From contig OX597817.1 in assembly GCA_951406725.2 (NCBI GenBank), positions 36,084,001-36,148,000 on the forward strand: DNA of 64,000 nt, given 5' to 3'. Source of the stretch: Octopus vulgaris (taxonomy: Eukaryota). The notes below the pieces were generated by a model. The model was not told the origin of the DNA. It was given only the letters and a program-made list of their open reading frames with translations, and did no database searches. This document shows, one piece after another, positions 27,771 to 40,849 of this stretch; the first letter of the stretch is position 1, and every line of letters starts with the position of its first letter. Both the position numbers and the translations under genes were made by a program.

Positions 27771-27816
<46 letters not shown>

Positions 27817-28101
27817 GGTTTGGAGATGATGTACAGGTATTTTATATTAGAAGAAATGAGGTACTCAGAAATTTGGATGCTTTTATATTTACATGTATTT
27901 ATTTGTATATTACATGTTTTTATACATCATATATCATATATCATATATTAGCGCTTTCGTCCATTCTAGTGGAGTTTTCAAATTGAACTAAGTTCTTGCA
28001 GAAATTTTGACTCTTTTTATTGTGTTATTGAGTGTGTAGTGATGGGGGGAGATATAAGATACTACAAGAGAGTGATGAATGGGGAGAAAGTGAGAGAGAG
28101 C

Positions 28102-28132
<31 letters not shown>

Positions 28133-28330
28133 TGTATATGTGTGTGTGTGCGTGTGTATGTGCGTGTGTGTGTGTGTGTGCGTGTGTATGTGTGTGTGTA
28201 TGTGTTTTTGTATCTGAAAAGGGTGTTGAAGAAAAAGAAGGAAAGGAAGAAAAGAGAGAGAAAGAAGAAGAAAAAATTTCGTTGATCTCTTTGCAGCTGG
28301 TCAAAAAATTATATATATATATATAGTCTA

Positions 28331-28410
28331 GGTAAATGCAGCTGATGAAGACTGATCAAATTTACGTTGACAAACATATTTGAAGAGTCAGAAACCGGTC
28401 CTGCCTTATC
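28331..28410 (+). ncRNA. Type I hammerhead ribozyme (canonical core, GUC site)
   Basis: gcag-CTGATGA-a-gact[tcaaat..atttga]agtc-a-GAAA-ccg-GTC-ctgc; palindromic ACCGGT stem III; stem I extended by ggtaa/ttatc. Confidence 0.85.
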
Positions 28411-28599
28411 CGATTCTGGGATGTCCATTTATCAAATGTTTTTCCTAGAGGTAAGACAAATTTTTCATGTTTGTTGCACACACACACGTCTTTGCTAGTA
28501 AATACGCAGTGAAGCTTTACAATAGCGTCGTATTTGTATCGACTGCTATTTCCAGTAAGTATTGGTGCCTTGTTGTACCAATCATCTGTACATATATAT

Positions 28600-29122
28600 A
28601 ATTATAATTTAGGGTATCTAAGAGACATTGCCATGCTGGAAATAGCAGACAAAATCTGACTCTAAAACCACTTTAAATGTTCATACAGCACCAGGAGAGA
28701 AGACACAAAGACAAAATAAACTAGGAAAACAGTTACTGGATAATTCCAGATCCCGGATTTCTGACTTTGCATAAGAAATGCTTTGCCTCTTCAGTGGAAT
28801 ATACGCAGAAAGTAACATAAATACACACATATATATATATACATATAACATATGAATACTTACACATACAAAGCCAGAAATCCGGGATCTGGAATTATCC
28901 AGTAATTTTTTCCTAGTTTATTTTGTCTTTTTGTCTTCTCTCCTGGTGCTGTATGAACACTTAATGTGGCTTTAGAGTCAGATTTTGGCTGCTATTTCCA
29001 ACGTGGCAGTATCTCTTGGATACCCTAAATTATAATTTTAATAATAATTATTACCTTTGAAGGTTTTTTTTCCTATGCTGTCCACTTGATAATATCGATA
29101 TTTAAATTAACGATCTTATCCT

Positions 29123-29123
<1 letters not shown>
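28600..29123. mobile_element. PLE-like inverted pLTR module between (TA)n tracts
   Basis: IR 28600-28772 / 28866-29037 plus a tail to 29123. Another copy lies at about 44583-44802(-). Confidence 0.8.
28743..28800 (-). ncRNA. Type I hammerhead ribozyme (AUC site)
   Basis: Minus strand: attcca-CTGAAGA-ggc[gcat..atgc]gtc-a-GAAA-tccggg-ATC-tggaat. Confidence 0.82.
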
Positions 29124-29181
<58 letters not shown>

Positions 29182-29506
29182 AGTATGCATGCGCGTATGT
29201 ATGCGTGTGTATAGATACATGTGAATATATGTATATAGACATACATATACACACAAATACATACACATGTGCGAACGCACTCACAAGTGCGCGCACACAC
29301 ACAAACACGCACACGTGTTTTCATATAATTAATTGGTAAGGGCTTTTTAAAATATAAATCATATTAAAGAATATTATTAGAGATTATATATAATAATGTT
29401 CAATATATCTGGTATTAAAAACTTCATTACCGTTAGTTTGTTGCACATCCTTAGACACAAGTATCACACACACACATCTATATTTACATACACACATACA
29501 TACACA

Positions 29507-29580
<74 letters not shown>

Positions 29581-29894
29581 CGCACAGGTGAGCACAGGTA
29601 CATAAACCAGACATTACGAATTCAATATTAATGGTATTAGGCGTTATTAGCATCTATTAGAGATGAAAACTATATCTAAAACACTTATTAACGGCCTGTC
29701 TGATGACTACGTTATCAAATAAGCTACAAAACACCTGCCATTCTTGCCTTTATTCATAATGTGCTAATATTTTACACGCACGCGCGGACACATATGTATG
29801 TGCATGCATGCATACATACATACATACATACATACATACATACATACATACATACATACATACATACATACATACATACATACATACATACATA

Positions 29895-30090
29895 CATTAT
29901 ATAGTTGAAATTTACAGAAAAACAAAAGATGAAGACAGGTGTATGAACAACAAGCAGGTGTATTAGTTTGACGCTCATGAAGGTGTGAAAGTCTTTTACG
30001 TTTCGAGCCTACGCTCTTCAACAGAAAGGAACACAAGGAAATAAACGGAGAGAATATAAAAACTTGTGGATTTAGCGGTTAATCATGGTG
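29895..30090 (-). mobile_element. PLE-like non-autonomous element (family A)
   Basis: Homologous to 42100-42308; ends in a microsatellite. Confidence 0.65.
29993..30028 (-). ncRNA. Minimal hammerhead-like motif (A6U variant)
   Basis: cttt-CTGTTGA-a-gagc(gtag)gctc-GAAA-c-GTA-aaag. Confidence 0.6.
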
Positions 30091-30409
30091 ACTGGTTGGA
30101 CAAAGGTAGTTGGACAGGAAAGTTGGGAAGAAGGAGAGATAATAAAGTACTGGTGATCTTAAAACGAAGGTGCGTGCGTGTGTGTGTATGTGAGAGTAAG
30201 TGTATGCGTGTAGATAGGGGCTGGTGTGGATGCGTGCGTGTGTGCTCGTCTGTAATGTGTGGGTGTGTGGATGATGGTGTTGGTGCTGGGAAGTGGTCAG
30301 TGCTAGTGTGCGCAAACGTCTTCTACTATAGGCTCCGGCCAATCAAAGCCTTGCAAAAGATTTGGTTGACAGAAATTGAAAGAAGCGCGTCCTCTATCTA
30401 TATATATAC

Positions 30410-30499
<90 letters not shown>

Positions 30500-30504
30500 T
30501 TTTC

Positions 30505-30709
30505 AAAATGTGACCTCGTGTGTACCGTTGGCGATTTTTTTCCCTCTGTCTTCCCTTCTCTGGATCTTTCCTTTCCCCATGTTTCCGACGAAGAGCTCCG
30601 CTCGAAACGTTAAACCCTCCTTCTTTCCTTCTTTCCTGAGCGTCCAATAATACTATATTTGTTCCACGTCCTCGCATTGTTGTGTTTTTTTGTGCTTTCT
30701 TGTTTGGAT

Positions 30710-30715
<6 letters not shown>
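30505..30715 (+). mobile_element. PLE-like non-autonomous element (family B) between (TA)n tracts
   Basis: Homologous to 60720-60927 and to the 3' fragment at 27146-27248. Confidence 0.7.
30581..30615 (+). ncRNA. Minimal hammerhead-like motif
   Basis: gttt-CCGACGA-a-gagc(tcc)gctc-GAAA-c-GTT-aaac; palindromic AACGTT. Confidence 0.62.
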
Positions 30716-30772
<57 letters not shown>

Positions 30773-30906
30773 CGTGCGTGTGTGTGCGTGTGTCTTTGTT
30801 TATCTCCTCTCACAAAGACACATATATTTAAATATATTTGTTAAAATGAGATGTCAATGTTATTTTCATTTTTACGTGATTTAGACGACATTTTATTCAC
30901 AGCATC

Positions 30907-30960
<54 letters not shown>

Positions 30961-30965
<5 letters not shown>

Positions 30966-31423
30966 GATGTTTTGTTGCCAACGTAATGTGGCAGTCCCAG
31001 GAAAGTGAAGGATGTTACTGCTATTTAGCCTCAGGAAACACCATTTCCAGTTGACTATGCGACACAAGCGTTCTGTGTCCTCAAGTTTTCAAACAGGGAA
31101 GATAAGCACCTCCACCCAGCAAAGCCAGCACTCAGAGACTAGTTTCAGAGTCATTGCTCTTCATTAGTCTGGAGTAGCTTGGCTTGTTAGATGTCGATGC
31201 TTATTCGTCTTTGAAAACTTATAGAATTTCAAGTGAAATAAATTCACTGATCTATAAAATTAGAAATATAGCGTTTATAAATCTCCCCTGTTTGTAAACG
31301 TAAGGACACAGAACGCTTGTGCCACATAGCCAACTGGAAACGGTATTTCCTGGGGCTAAATAGCAGTAGCATTCTTCCCTTTCCTGAGACTGTCACATTA
31401 AGTTGGCAACAAACCATCACTTT
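30961..31423. mobile_element. PLE-like inverted pLTR module
   Basis: Diverged IR 30961-31103 / 31282-31423 abutting (TA)n. A related fragment lies at about 2415-2545. Confidence 0.75.
31133..31171 (-). ncRNA. Type I hammerhead ribozyme (G5A-mutated)
   Basis: Minus strand: caga-CTAATGA-agag(caatga)ctct-GAAA-cta-GTC-tctg; palindromic ACTAGT; long imperfect stem I. Confidence 0.72.
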
Positions 31424-31468
31424 ATCGTACTGCTACTGTATAAGTGTCTCTAAGAGATTTAGAAATGC

Positions 31469-31542
<74 letters not shown>

Positions 31543-32018
31543 TAGATACATACACACACACAGACACATATATTTCAAGCTGAGTTTTATTTTTAGATCT
31601 GGAGAGTCAGTCTAGTTCTACATCTTACTTATAATTTGCTTGGAGAAACTTTAATAATATTTGCATTGTAAAATTCAGATAGTCTGTAAATTTTATTAAG
31701 AGATGACGATGTGAATTGTAAAACAGAAATAACAAGTTTTATTTCGAATAATAAGTGATATAACACTCAATCGACCAATATGGAGATGAACTTGAAGTTT
31801 CGGCCCGTGACATTTTTATAAACCAGTAATAGATTTTTAGTATTATCAAGAAAATTTCATTAATGGAAACATTTCTCTGTTTATATACGACACGATGATT
31901 GAAGTCCGATATAAAACTGGAAGCAAGGGAAAAGAAGTCTATTCACACAACAGCAGCAACAACAACAGCAATAAAAACAATACGTGTATACACACACACA
32001 CTCATACTCTCGCACACG

Positions 32019-32073
<55 letters not shown>

Positions 32074-32219
32074 ACTTTCGCGTACATATATAATATTTTT
32101 GTTAAATTTGACGGTTTTGTATGTCTTCTTGCTTTTAGGGAACAACTTGATGTATTGGTGAATAATCAACGGTATTTGAGAGCATAAAGATTAAAGTTTT
32201 AGTTAAGAAAAAAGTTAGC

Positions 32220-33200
32220 TGACATGGAAGACTGAAAGCCATCTGAATATTGCACAAGTGTTACCTGTATCATGATGATTCGCGTCGGATGTCAAAATGC
32301 TGCTTCAAGGTCTGTGAAAACTGTAAATGCTCTAAGACGTGACATGGACAGCTGCAATGGAGATGATGAAGCCGTGGACAGTAGCAAGGTACAACGTAAA
32401 CGTTTCGACTGCGTCTGCACGCCAGACTTCATCCAACAACTTCAGGACAAAGTGATGGAAGACGTGATCAAGAGATTCCGGCTTTTGGTGTGAGAGATGG
32501 ATGTTAGAGTCGCCAGCATGAAGCTGGCTCCATGAAGCTGACTGTCAAGGCCAAAGAGAATCGGTTGACAAGGGCAAAGAGTATTCTGAAGTTGAGCCGG
32601 TGATAATTTAGTTCTTGTCAGATGAAAAGAACTTCTACCAGGATCAGTTTCACAACAGCCAGAACTACCGGGGGTTTGCCTACAATCTATTTGATGTTCC
32701 ACGTATCAGGAAAACCAAGTTCCTCAAACTATGACGTCTTTGAGTATGTCACTATTGAGGCGGATGTCATGCCGCCCCACATTACTGAATAGGGTCTTAG
32801 GCTCAATTTAGACAGTTATGTGAAACTGTAGCTAAACCCAGACTGAAGAGGGTTGCTGCTTGAATGTCATATGTCTGGCAGCAAAAGTCAGCTCCTTGCC
32901 ATACCACCGGAAGTGACAGAAGTGGTTGTCAGAGAATTTCTGTGACGTCACCAGCCCCGATATCCGACCTCCTAATTTTCCCTATTGTAATTCTACGGAT
33001 TATGTGTGGGGCGCGGTTGAGAAAGACACCGACTGCTCTGCCTGCAGCACCAAGACCGAGATGGTGGCCAAGATGAAGGAGATGTTGAAAGGTCTTTCCA
33101 AGGAGAAAGTGAAGAATAGATGCAGTAGGTTCCGGAGCTGTCTCGTGGCTAAGGTGGAATTCATAATACGGTTGATACTTATTTTGATTTTTAAAAACAG
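32220..33200 (+). pseudogene. Decayed Tc1/mariner-superfamily (maT/DD37D-like) transposase remnant
   Basis: WQQKSAPCHT (WQQDSAPAH-like) and PPNFPYCNSTDYVWGAVE (WPPNSPDLNPLDY.VW-like); many stops and frameshifts. Confidence 0.7.
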
Positions 33201-33499
33201 TTTTACTTTTTGAATGAGATGTTGTTTCCTTTTCATTTTATGCAAATTGTCACATTTAGCTCGAATACGCAGTACACTCAAAGATACACAGAGACACACA
33301 CAGACAAACATATATACATATGCATGCATACATACATACATACATACATACATACATACATACATACATACATAAGTACGTATAAGAAACGGGTTGACTT
33401 TGTTTCATGGACATGAAATAAAGCTGTAATTCAATAAGTACAACTCCACTATGTGTGTTGAGTGCTACTCCTGTTCGTTTGTTCACTCATTCGTACACA

Positions 33500-33545
<46 letters not shown>

Positions 33546-33887
33546 TACACACAATATCAAGGATTCGAGTAAATCAGGTACTTAAATGATAGGCACTAGG
33601 TAGGGGTCAAATCAACTTGTAAACAGCACCTTTTGTCGAGTTCAATATCATGGGTACCGAAGTACATCCAGTGAAATATTCAGGTTATGTATGCAGAGAA
33701 TTTAACCGTTATGAGTATTTTAATAGCCTATGCGCTAATTCAAAAGCGTACGTTATATTGGTCGTACGATATTTGGTATACTCCTGAATACCCGACGGGT
33801 AGATATTCCAGTCAGGTGTATTATGAACAAATAAATAACAAACGATGGATAAGTGTATCATTTGCTATTTGTATGTGTGTGTGTGTA

Positions 33888-33923
<36 letters not shown>

Positions 33924-34072
33924 AAATAAGCAACAAAAATGAGTCCGGATTCATTCTTGTTGCTTATTTATTTATTATAATCACCCCGCATATTTTTATG
34001 GGTAACACCATAAAACATTCTGGTGCATCTAAATTAAGTGCCATATTCATTTGAATCTAAATTGTTGCTGAA

Positions 34073-34109
<37 letters not shown>

Positions 34110-34614
34110 GATTATACATACACACACACGCATATACATAAAAACACATATACACACATATATAAATATACGTATATATAAGGTGCATTGACTTGTGGTC
34201 AAAGTTTTGGTTTCACGATTGTAAAATGGTGGATTTGGGGCTCTTTCTGGATTGAAAGTCGCCTTGAATTATTCACGTTACTCTAGTTTGCTCGGCTGAG
34301 CATGAGTACCAGCTAAGTATTGGGGCAATTTGAACCCCAACCTTCAGATGTGACATCCACGATTTTTCCATTGAGTGAAATATAGGAGGATCAAGAGAAT
34401 GTCCCTGTCTGCGCGCGGTATTCAGTCAGCTAAATGAACTCAGGAAGCATGGCACAACCTACCAGTTCATACTCGGTTGCAAATGATTGCTAAGCTTTTG
34501 CAACCACCCACATACAAATGCATGTATGTAAGTATATATCATAGCTGGCTTGCTGAATGGATGGACGGATGTAATTATGTTTTATGGATGCACGGAAGGC
34601 GTAGACATGTATGT

Positions 34615-35010
34615 CTTTTAACTATTTTTTAATTATTATGAATCTTCCACTGAGGAGGGAGCCGGTTTCCAACAAAGATACAAGGCTCCATCATTGGGAT
34701 GCAGTTAACACAAGCAAATTCACATTTGGAACTTGAGAAAAGTCTTGCATATTTTTACTGTTACACTCACATATTGGACTTGTAATGTACGAAACAGCCG
34801 GTCAGTTTTTCTTTCTGAAATTCCCAGTTTATCCAGATTCTTCTTTAAGCAATTACTATCAAAATCTAATGCTCCAGTTACACTGGTCAACTGCCAATTT
34901 TCATCAGGGATATTATATGGTGTTTTATATGTAGTTTTGTCCGCATGAATTCATATTCATACCTATAATAATTATTATTGGTATAAATATGAATTCATAG
35001 CCTGGATATG
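34615..35010 (-). mobile_element. 5'-truncated RLE-type (R4/R2-group) non-LTR retrotransposon 3' end
   Basis: Minus-strand translation YPGYEFIFIPIIIIG...VTGALDFDSNCLKKNLDKLG..RLFRTLQVQYVSVTVKICKTFLKF*, then a 3' UTR hairpin. The 5' junction lies in (TACA)n. Confidence 0.65.
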
Positions 35011-35383
35011 TGTATGTTTGTATGCATGCATGTATGTATGTATGCATGTATGTATGTATGTATGTATGTATGTATGTATGTATGTATGTATGTATGTATG
35101 TATGTATGTATGTATGTATGTATGTATGAATGTATGTATATATTATTTACTCTTATTTAGTTTTAATGCGGCGAGCTGGCTGTATTATTTAGTTTTAAGG
35201 TGGCGAGCTGGTAGAATCGTTAGTTTTACATTGTTTTTTTTTGTTAATGGAGAAAGAGTGGTTTTTAAAACCAAAATTCATTGGAATTTTAAACATCAAA
35301 TTATTTATGCATATTTGTGTGTATGCGTGCAATATTTGGAGTTAGTGCACGTGCAAATTTGTATGTATGTCATGTTTTTTGCA

Positions 35384-35384
<1 letters not shown>

Positions 35385-35451
<67 letters not shown>

Positions 35452-35458
35452 ATAGATA
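35385..35458. repeat. (GATA)n microsatellite, no insertion
   Basis: Direct reading. Confidence 0.95.
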
Positions 35459-36399
35459 TAAACATTTTTTTTTTGGAATTTTGATCTGAAATCGTGCGTT
35501 AAGATCAATTTTGTTGTATTTTGGGAGAGTCATGTCGACAGAAAACACATTCAACAATTCAGTTATTAGTTATATTAAGAAACTATTTTTTATCATAGTT
35601 CTTTGACCTTTTCAATGATTTCATATTCTCCAATTGATTTTCTTGTAAATGCCATGTTGCCAAGTCCCATCTTCATACTAAGCATATGAGTGTGCTGTCG
35701 TGTAACTGTTTTTAAAATCGTGTTAGATTTTATATTTTTTTTACTTATTTCAGTCAGTGAACTGCGGCCATGCTGGGGCACACCTTTGAAGGGTTTTAGT
35801 CGATCAAAACCAACTGAGTACTAATTATTTTATTCAAGTTTAGTACTTTCTGAAGAATTAGAATTTCTGAAGTCTAGTACTTTCTGAAGAATTAGAAATA
35901 AGGATAGTGATAAATACCTAGACCTCAATAAGTTAGTAAATTTAAGAAGGGGTGTTATTAAAACGTTAAACATTAAAACTCTAAACATTTACAAAACTAA
36001 ATGAAATAAGACAGCTCGTTCAGGAAGATCTAGATATGAATACGATATTTGAAGAATCGCTTGAAAGAAGAGTCCATGTTACTCATATAATGCTCTCACA
36101 AAAAGAAATAGAGCAATTACTTATTGGAAACGCGCGAAATGCATCCATCCATCCATCCATGCACCTATCTATTTATGCTGGGAGGGTCGTAAGAATAGAG
36201 CATTCTGTCACATCCTCCATAGAGTCCAGTCAGAAGGAACTGTCATTAAAATTTTCCTTTTGGACTCTCAAGCATGACCAACGGAGACTATGGATAATAT
36301 CCATACATCCCGCTGGGTCTCCTCGGTTGGTTCGAATTGAATCCATTTTGTGATTCTATTCCGCGACATTCTAGTTACATGTCCGTAATACCGAAGCAG

Positions 36400-37330
36400 T
36401 GACCTCTCAGTACGAACAAGTAGCGGCTGGACCTGGAGAGACCTCTGATCTCCGAGTACCTTTTCGAGGAAATGTTACTCCAAAGATCCTTGGTGGGAAT
36501 TCTGCAAAATGGTATCTCAAATCAAAATGACTGTAAAGAAATACATGAAGCGAATGCCAATAGGATAGATAATGATTAGTTTCTCTAAGAAAACTAAGAC
36601 TAAATCGAAAGCATAAAGGAAGACGTAATTGCATTTGCCAAAGTAAGCCACATAAACTGCAGAGTAAGAACCACTGATAAAAATGAGAAATAAAAACAAA
36701 CATAGGAAATTGAGAAGATGGAAGACTTTGCAATCGATGATCTCGACACAATTAAGTCAAATTTTGTGAACTCAATCAACTGATCTATGTCTTCGACATA
36801 GTAATTGAATGAAAGTGTTCGATCGATAAAAGGAGAAGCAGACCTGTGCAAGTCAGGAAACGAAAATGGAAATGAAAAGTAGGAAGAGAAATAGAACTGA
36901 TAGGAAGAGAAATATTGATATAGGAGGAACGTAGGAAGAAGAATAATAATAATAATATGTAAATAAGAAAGGCCGGGAAACAAAAGGAATAAATAATACG
37001 TTTTGAAAAGGACAGAAGACATATCGTCATTCAAAAAACAACTTAAACAAAAAATACAAGCCAAAGACCCCAAGTGTAAGAAAATACGATAAAAGAAGCA
37101 TATTTTAAAGGGAAAACAATATTTGAAGCAGATGTAAGAGGTTTTACAGGGACGTAGAAAAAGAGCAAACAGAAGCTGAAATGAGAGCAATTGTTAAATG
37201 GACTGAGTAGTTCAGAAGTAATATTTGTAGTGGTAAAAAGGGTTCAGACGAAGTAGTGAATAGATATATAACAGGTCAACAGTGAAATACAAGAACTAAA
37301 TTGGTAAAATGTAACAGTTAAAGGACTTAA
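36400..37330 (+). mobile_element. Decayed R4/Dong-like N-terminal ORF remnant
   Basis: Frameshifted LKQKIQAK...RKYDKRS.F...N.IFEAD..RFYR at about 37040-37155 resembles the pre-RT region of R4/Dong. Confidence 0.5.
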
Positions 37331-37380
37331 CAGAAACCCTCAAAAAGGAAAGCATATAAACGAAAAGCTCCACCACCAAA

Positions 37381-37706
37381 ATCATCATCGTCGTTGTCAT
37401 TGTCATCGTCGTCGTCGCTGTCGTCGTCATCGTCGCCGTCATCATTATCCTTATCATCATCGTCGTCGTCGTCATCGTCGTCATCATCATTATCATCATC
37501 ATCATCGTTGTCCTCGTCGCCGTCGTTGTCATCACTATCATCATCATCGTCATCGTCGTCGTCATAGTCATCGTCGTCGTTGTCGTCATCGTCGTCGTCT
37601 TAATTATCATCATCATCGTCGTTGTCATCGTCATCGTCGTCGTCGTCATCATTATCATCATCGCCATCGTCGTCGTCGTCATCATTATCATCATCATCAT
37701 CGTTAT
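37381..37706. repeat. Degenerate (ATC/GTC)n trinucleotide array
   Basis: Direct reading. Confidence 0.92.
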
Positions 37707-38293
37707 TGATATTTTCATCAAAGTGGTGGATCGGCAGAATCGTTGCCGCATCGGAGAAAGAGAAAAAATACCTTGTTTCATATCTTCTGGCTCTTTACGT
37801 TTCTGAAATGCCGCGTAGATCACCTTTTTTCATAATTTTTTTTTTCCGGGAAACGATAAAATACGAGTCAAGGACATGGACTGATAATATCAATTAAGCC
37901 TTCCAGCAAATTTCAATCTATGTGCCTAAGTTAAGAACGTTTATTATTACCATCAAAACGTTAACTAGTAAAAGTGTTTGAGCGCCGGAGAAAATTCTTT
38001 GCAGCATTTATTTCAGTTTTTTACATTCTCAATTTAAGTCTCCCAGATGCCAACCTTGCTTTACATCCTTCCGAGGTCAATAAAATTGTCAGTTATGTAC
38101 TTTGGTTGACATAATCGACTGATCCCCATCTTCTTCCTCCAAAATTTTAGGCCTTGTGCCTATTCGTTAAATGATGATCATCATTTTGCTCATTAAGAAA
38201 AAAAAAAAGTACTGGATTGGTATAAATATAAACAAGAGATGTGTTTTATTGGCAAATCAACCCTCCCAAAATGCAACATGTTTCAACACAGGA

Positions 38294-38364
<71 letters not shown>

Positions 38365-38523
38365 AAATGAATCTTTTCAATTTAACTAAATTTTATATTT
38401 ATATGCAGCTGAAGATTGCTCTACATTTTAAAACTGATGTAATACTTGCATTGTTTAATTAAATGGAGTCGCATGAAACGATCGTAGTGCATTACCTTTG
38501 GATATCCTTGTTGCTTATTTTGA

Positions 38524-38579
<56 letters not shown>

Positions 38580-39257
38580 ATATACATATATGTATATATA
38601 TGTATATACACTCTTTTACTCTTTTACGTGTTTCAGTCATTTGACTGTGGCCATGCTGGAGCACCGCCTTTAGTTGAGCAAATCGACCCCAGGACTTATT
38701 CTTTGTAAGCCTAGTACTTATTCTATCGGTCTCTTTTGCCGAACCGCTAAGTTACGGGGACGTAAACACACCATCATCCGTAGTCAAGCGATGTTGGGTG
38801 GGGGACAAACACTGACACACAAACATATACGCACACATACATATATATATATATACATATACGACGGGTTTCTTTCAGTTTCCGTCTACCAAATCCACTC
38901 TCAAGGCTTTGGTCGGTGCGGGGCTATAGTAGAAGACACTTGCCCAAGGTGCCACGCAGTGGGACTGAACCCGGAACCATGTGGTTCGTAAGCAAGATAT
39001 TTGCTACACATGTACGCACAAGCATGCACACACCCACAAACACTTACTCACCTCCCGCAAATACACACACAGATATATAAGCTTTGGCGCATATCTTCTA
39101 ATTAAGTTTTGTGATGGGTGTATAGATGGATGGATGGATTGTTGGTTGTTTGTAGCGCTAGGCGGATTGATATATAAAAATCTATCTACCTGTATGAATA
39201 CATGTCATGTGTGATATGTGTGTGTGTATATATAAATAAGAATATATATACATACAT

Positions 39258-39321
<64 letters not shown>

Positions 39322-39353
39322 TATAATATATATATATATATATATAAATATAT

Positions 39354-39409
<56 letters not shown>

Positions 39410-39881
39410 ATATATATAACATATATGTATATATTTAGATGGAAAGATAAAGTCTTTCAAACTGCCTTGCTATCCATTCAACCATTCATCCCTCCTTCCA
39501 ACCGTTCATCCATCCATGTTTCTCTCTCTTACTCACGCACTCTCTCACTCAATTACTCACTCACACATTCTCTCTCTCTCTTTCTCTCTGTCCTTTTATC
39601 TATCTCCATACAAATATTCACGCGTTATGCGCACACTTTCCAATACTTTTATTACATTTTATGTATTATGATTAAATTCTTTTTTTCATTATTTACGACT
39701 CGCAAAAATATATTTCTCAAGCAATAAAAGTAATTATCTACCGTTATAAGAGTTATTTACACAGACAAGTAGTTACCTAGTTGCAAATAAGGAGACACTT
39801 TATTGATTATTAAATTGTACTATAAATTTACTCTCTCTATCTGTCTCTGTCTGTCTCTGTCTCTCTCTCTATACATATACA

Positions 39882-39927
<46 letters not shown>

Positions 39928-40532
39928 TGTATATGTATAGAGAGAGAGACAGAGACAGATACATATATATATATATATGTATATGTATATGTATATATAT
40001 ACATATATACACGCACACACTCACACACACACATATATATATATATATATGCATGCATATATGAGTCTAAGAATGTATGCATGTATGTTTGAAGCGTGTG
40101 TATATGTGTGAATGTGTGTGTGTGTCTGAGTATGCGTGTATGTGTATGTATGTGTGTGTATGTATCTATGTGTATATAAGTGCAAGTGAGAAATAAATTC
40201 ACTTTGTACATATACCGAAGTATTCATCTACCTATCTATGTAAATATACAGCAGCTTGCATATATACAAATAACTAGTATAAACTATTACATACATACAT
40301 ACATATGTACATACATACATACATACATACATACATACATACATACATACATACATAAAATGTATATAATATATAATGTATATATATATATACATATATA
40401 TAGATGTCTATGCATATAACTATGCATATACGCATATACTTGAATATATATATTTATAAACAAACATGCATGTATACGTATATATATATATATTTATGTA
40501 TATGTATGTCTGTATATGTGTATGAATATACA

Positions 40533-40647
<115 letters not shown>

Positions 40648-40779
40648 ATATATATATTCACATACACAAACACACAGTTGTCTGCATATTTATCTAATAA
40701 GCTATCTATCTATTGATCTTTTTATTTGATATATGTAAATATAATAATAATAATAGTAGTAGTAGTAGTAGTAGTAGTA

Positions 40780-40849
<70 letters not shown>

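Larger units (their letters stand above)
27432..27777. repeat. Near-perfect spacerless palindrome (about 173-bp arms) of a PLE-like pLTR
   Basis: Centre at 27604/27605. The arms differ only by single homopolymer indels; the right arm ends in (TA)n. Confidence 0.95.

Noticed and set aside
29696-29740. ctgt-CTGATGA-ctac... possible hammerhead
   Set aside because: No GAAA and no convincing stem II or III; at best a heavily decayed copy.
34648-34690. CTGAGGA followed by a GGAGCC/GGCTCC hairpin
   Set aside because: Lacks GAAA/NUH on that strand; explained as the 3' UTR hairpin of the minus-strand RLE element.
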